Below, piece by piece: positions 59,480 to 64,000 of a stretch of 64,000 bases of DNA. The DNA lies in NCBI RefSeq assembly GCF_009914755.1, contig NC_060932.1; one strand, 5' to 3'. The DNA is from the human T2T-CHM13v2.0 reference genome, Homo sapiens. Below the pieces are notes generated by a model. It had not been told where the DNA came from. It saw only the letters and a program-made list of their open reading frames with translations, and did no database searches. Positions within the stretch are counted from its first letter, which is position 1. The number at the start of each line of letters is the position of its first letter. The position numbers and the translations under genes are program-made.

Positions 59480-61150
59480 ATGAAGAGCGCCCCCGTGAGA
59501 AGCAAGGGTTAAGGTTGCCACGGACCCGGCTTTACCCTCAAACCCAGGAAAGCCGGGTCACTTGGGGCTAGGGACGGCCCCCGAGCGAGCGGGGCTGCAG
59601 GTGCCGCGAGGAAAGTCAGATCTTATCTGCGCTCCTAGTTATCTCCGCAGCTCTTTCTCCAGGAAAATAATCCTGGCACCACCACTCAGGAGCCATCTGT
59701 CTTCGCCCCAGTTCCCCGGGGTCGAGCAGTCAGCCCAGGGTCAGGGTCCTGCTGTGGGCGGGCGGGAGGACAGCCCTGCAGTTGGAAGCAGAAGGGCCGA
59801 GGGAATCCCGCGAAGCCGCCGGAGCGCGTCGCGGCGGGGCCTCCCGGGGCTTTCCCGGCCCCGGGTGCGCGGCAGCCGCGGGGGCTGCGTCCCTCTAGTC
59901 CAGTGCAGCCGGGTGGGAGCTGCAGAGCGAAGCAGGTGGGTGTGGAGCCAGGCCCGGGGCAGCAGGAGTGGCTGGCGCGCGGAAGCTGAGGGAGGCACCC
60001 CGCCGAGGTGTGGGCGGTGCCTGCCCGCGCCCCAGCCGCGCCCTGGGCACCAGAGCGCTGTCCCCGGCCGAGCGCACAGCTCCGGCGCCGCGAGGCAGAG
60101 CCCCGGCGTCCCCGGCGGTGCGCTGCCGGCTCGCGCAGCCCAGCCATCCCGCCCCGCCGCCCACCTTGACAGCCGGGAGCGCTGAGGAGGAAGAGGGGGA
60201 GGGGGAGGAGGAAGAGAAGGCGGCGGCCGCTCCAGCCCGCGGGTGCGCGGAGCGCGGGAGGAGGCGGAGCGGGAGGCTGGGGTGGCCGCAGCCCTGTGTG
60301 CGCGCCGGGCCGGCTAGCTGCGGGGCGGGGGAGCGGCGCCCCAGAGCGCCCCGCCTAGCCTCCCGCGCGCAGCCTCTACCCTGCTCCGCCACAGACACAC
60401 ACCCACCAAGCACCCACCGCCCTCCGCCCTCCGCCCTCCGCCCCCGCGGCTGCCGCCGCCGCTGCGCCTCGGGCAGCCCCAGCGAGCGGCAACTCCCGGG
60501 CTGGCGCGGCTCGCTTTCTGGCTCCTTCCGCGCGGCGAGCTCAGCCCCGCTCGATTTTTCCTCTTCTGTTCCAGCCCTCTCTTGTCTGGGTGGCTGTGGC
60601 GGCGGCAGGGGGATGGGGACCCCGTGTGGGGAAGGGGTTGAAGATCGATGAAGATTATTGTTCTTTTAAAGGATGCCTTAGCTTCCTCCCACCGCCTTTC
60701 CTCTGAGCCTTCCTACTAGAGACCGTGAACCAGAGTCAGGGATGTAAAGACAGGGGGAAAGCACGCCAGGAGCTCCAGCCAGCCGGGGAGACCCTCCTCT
60801 CTGTGGAGGGGAGGGGGATTTCCAGCGACAGGTCATTGGCGAAGGGGATCGTCGCGGGGAGAGGCTCCCCGGAGGGAGCGGGGAATCCCACAGCCCTTTG
60901 TGGTGCCCGAGCCCGTGCCGCCTGCTGAGCGGGGTCTGTGGGAGCTAGGTAAGTGGCGGGGGCATTGCTGCTCCCCGAAGGGGGTCTTCCTTTAAGAATG
61001 AATCATCGCGGCAGCCTAGCCAGACTTGAGTTGCTAAAGGAATTGGAAACTGCCATATGGCGCCCAGTGGACTTACACACAAAGCTGACTTAGCCCTGAG
61101 AGGGTTTTTAATGTCAGGCTCCTTCCCGGTGGGGAAGGCGCTCAAGTATT
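59480..61150. promoter_or_regulatory. CpG island / GC-rich promoter of an unidentified gene
   Basis: Abrupt switch to very high GC and CpG density; GC boxes GGGGCGGGG (~60321) and (CCCTCCG)3 (~60420-60445); NotI site GCGGCCGC. Confidence 0.92.
60180..60948 (+). other. Probable non-coding 5' exon (start uncertain) ending at a consensus splice donor
   Basis: CTAG|GTAAGT at 60948/60949 at the downstream edge of the island, followed by AT-rich intron-like sequence; no convincing coding frame. Confidence 0.6.
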
Positions 61151-64000
61151 AGCCCCTGAAAAGCTTCCCAGCAGCCTGACTGGGAAGGGATGGGGATGTT
61201 ATTTCTAGGAGCCGAGCTCTTGTTGCCTTCCGTCCATTTGTTGGTAAATGCCACACTCACATGCACACACTTGTGGGACTGGATTTAGGGAGTGTGATGT
61301 CTCTGATGTATGAACGATCCTCAGAACACAGAGACATGCGTGCATTTTATTCTTCAAGCGGTGCGCGGTCTCCGTTCTGTAGCACGATTCCTGAGAGGGA
61401 GAACGGGTCTCTAAGGAAAGAGCTTCATGGCTGTTTCCAACACACTCTGCTAGGGGACTTGGGAATACGTTTGCCCTGAATAGCACCAAAAGACATCGAC
61501 CATTTGCCTCATCATTTGCTCCCGATGCTTAATGATCCTCTTCAAAATAGTATGCCGCCATCCATTTTCTCGAGTTGTGAGCATTTATGCGTATTCATTC
61601 ATAAAAACTGTCAGTGTGCAATATGCACAAACATGCCATTTATGCAACATTTATGACTGCACATGTGTTTCAACAATAAGTAATAATGCATACAAGATTA
61701 CATTGAAAAAAATTTAGTATGCACATACACTGGGTTAATTCCGCGCAGGTTCAACATTCCTTCTAATCAAGTTGTGTAGTAATGTCAAGATTTTAAGTAT
61801 CGTATCACATTTTCATTTTTGCATTGATTAATTTTTTTATTTTGTTGGGAATCTGATTTTTTGAAACTGAGGGAAAGGAAGAGTAAGCATTTTATTGTTA
61901 TTGTTAAATGTGTAGTATAGTGTGGGTCGGAAGTCTCTTGGTTTATTTACCAATAAACAGCAATCAATATATTACATTTCATAGGACAAGCGAGAGATAG
62001 ATTTCGGTCAAAAATCTTGTCTTACCTGTCAGTGCTGAATAACTTACAGGAAAGATTTTGTAAAAGAGGGTAACATTCTAAAGTTACATATCAAGAAAAT
62101 AAAGTTTTGTTTTATCTATTTCACTCTTTAGGGGCATGTGTGTGTGTGTGTCAATAAATATAAAGTTGTCCAAAGCTTAACGTAATACATGAATAAAACC
62201 CATCTAGACTAGACATCTAGGCTAGAGAGTTCTTTGTTCTTAAATTAACTCAAACAGTTTAGTAATTTGGCACATTACACATGTGTATGCGCATTTAATT
62301 GCTGTTTGAGGTGGTGTTTTTAATTTAAGGGCATGGATAAAGTGCTTACTTGTGTGATTGCATGGACTCTGAAAATACTGAAGGTCCAACGTAGAAATAA
62401 CTTTCTTCCCCACTGAAGGAAAAGTATCCTTATCACCTAGAAGAGTTAATATGCTTCCACAAAGTAAATACCATAATCCCCTCCCTCTTGCCTTAAGGTT
62501 TAGAACAATTGTTTATCACAAATAGAATTCTGTATAATGTACCCTTCTTCCTTTTCTGGCACTACTCAGACTTTTGGAGAAAGAACTTGGCAGTTCTGTT
62601 TGTTTTCTTGCTCCTTTAACCTTCACCTTTCCCTCTCCATGTTAGTGTTCTCAAATCTCCCTCATACACAAACCCACACGTATCGACTCCAGAAAAATCA
62701 CTCTCCTGCCTGCCACTTTGAGAGTTCTCATCTCACATCTTTTCTATTGCCTCTCTTTTCTTTTCTTCTGTTTTTCCAAATAGAATCAATCCATGCATCC
62801 GTTGAAACTATTTTGCATTTCACTGTTCTCCAAGTCCAACAATTCAACTTTCCAAGCATACATATTTACTGAATATTCAGAGGAGTTAGTAGAAATTATT
62901 ACTTTATCCATTCCCTTCTGTTTGGCTTTTAAAACTTCATAGTTTAGGCAATAGGGCAACTTCCTGCCTTTTTAACACTCACTATGATAATAAAAGTGAG
63001 ATTGCTAGAATAACGAAATGGCAGGATATGGTTTCGGTCACGTTTCTCAACTTAAGAGTGTGTCTGTCCACGTGTTTTATATACCTGCCTGCATGTCTAC
63101 AAATGTGCAAGTCTGCAGAGCATCTTCGTTAAACGTTGAAAAATATTTTTTCTTGAATGCGTATCTGGCATTCTTATATGGTAGAGAGATCAGTATATGT
63201 GTATAACATATTGTGAAAGTAGACCCAAATCTAGGAAACCTATAAGATATATTTCATTCTGCCCTAATGCATTTTTTTCTTCATAAAGAACTAATTAGTT
63301 CCTTTAAAACTTGCTATCTCTTAAAGACTAATTCCAAAGGAAGATTCTTAACGTTGATAGGAAATCTCATGCATATTTTAAGGAAAATATATAAAGGTAA
63401 GATATTCTGCTTATTTCAAAATGTAATTGTTTAAGATTTGTTTATATTCTTCAGATTGATTTTGCATAAAATCGAGATTTCTATTATTTTCACAGAAGCT
63501 TCAGACAGATGGACAATACAAAGGCATTATGTGTGATTTCTTTTTTAGCCCAGAGTTTTGTTATTGTTGTTGTTGTTGTTTGTTTTTTTTAAGGCTAGAG
63601 ATTATGGCCTTGTTACTCCCCAAGTGATAGAATAAACTTTATAGAGCAGAGCAGCATTAGATTTTTTAGTCACATTCTACAAGTATCTTTATAGCCTAGA
63701 TCTGTGGGCCATTCTGTTTCATTGCTTATTTCCTCCTTGTGCTTCTTAAATATGTATTCCCACCAACTCTTTACTGCAAGTACGGGTTGTGAGGCAGAAA
63801 GCCATGTGTGTGAGACAAGTAATCCCTTGACTTGTGTAAGCCAAACCCTCTTATATTATCTTAAAAAGTGCGTATTCCTATAGGTTGAATTTTAACTATC
63901 TTTGCTATCTGATTTGATGTCCCATAGCCACTCATTGACTCATTCATTAATTCATTTATTACTTACTAAATATATATATATAAGGAGAAGAGTGCTTGAA

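Noticed and set aside
59562-60651. Long overlapping ORFs (153-227 aa) on both strands in the CpG island
   Set aside because: Low-complexity Arg/Pro/Gly/Ala translations expected from stop-poor GC-rich DNA; mostly non-ATG starts; no recognisable domain
59480-64000. Naming the downstream gene
   Set aside because: No coding exon in the window and I do not recognise the leader with confidence; needs BLAT

Overview
Hominid (very likely human) genomic DNA: about 59 kb of repeat-dense, apparently non-coding sequence, then a CpG-island promoter with a probable non-coding 5' exon (+ strand, donor AG|GTAAGT at 60948/60949) of a gene I cannot identify from this window. The dominant feature is a full-length L1PA2-type LINE-1 (about 2493-8510, 15-bp TSD) nested in an older, decayed L1PA16/L1PB-type LINE-1. 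Its ORF2 is intact (1275 aa, catalytic motifs present), but ORF1 carries a CGA>TGA stop at codon 48. The rest is layered Alu, L1M/L1P, L2, MIR, MaLR/ERVL/ERV1 LTR and DNA-transposon (MER6, MER2, MER1B, MADE1) relics. Notable details are a short 3' transduction on a truncated L1PA next to the promoter, a templated-inversion deletion scar, a near-perfect 123-bp tandem duplication, a strong CTCF motif, a candidate antisense exon and a uORF cluster. I see no host protein-coding exon and no support for a new multi-gene biological system. Repeat family names come from recalled consensus sequences rather than a database search, and boundaries of old repeats are approximate.
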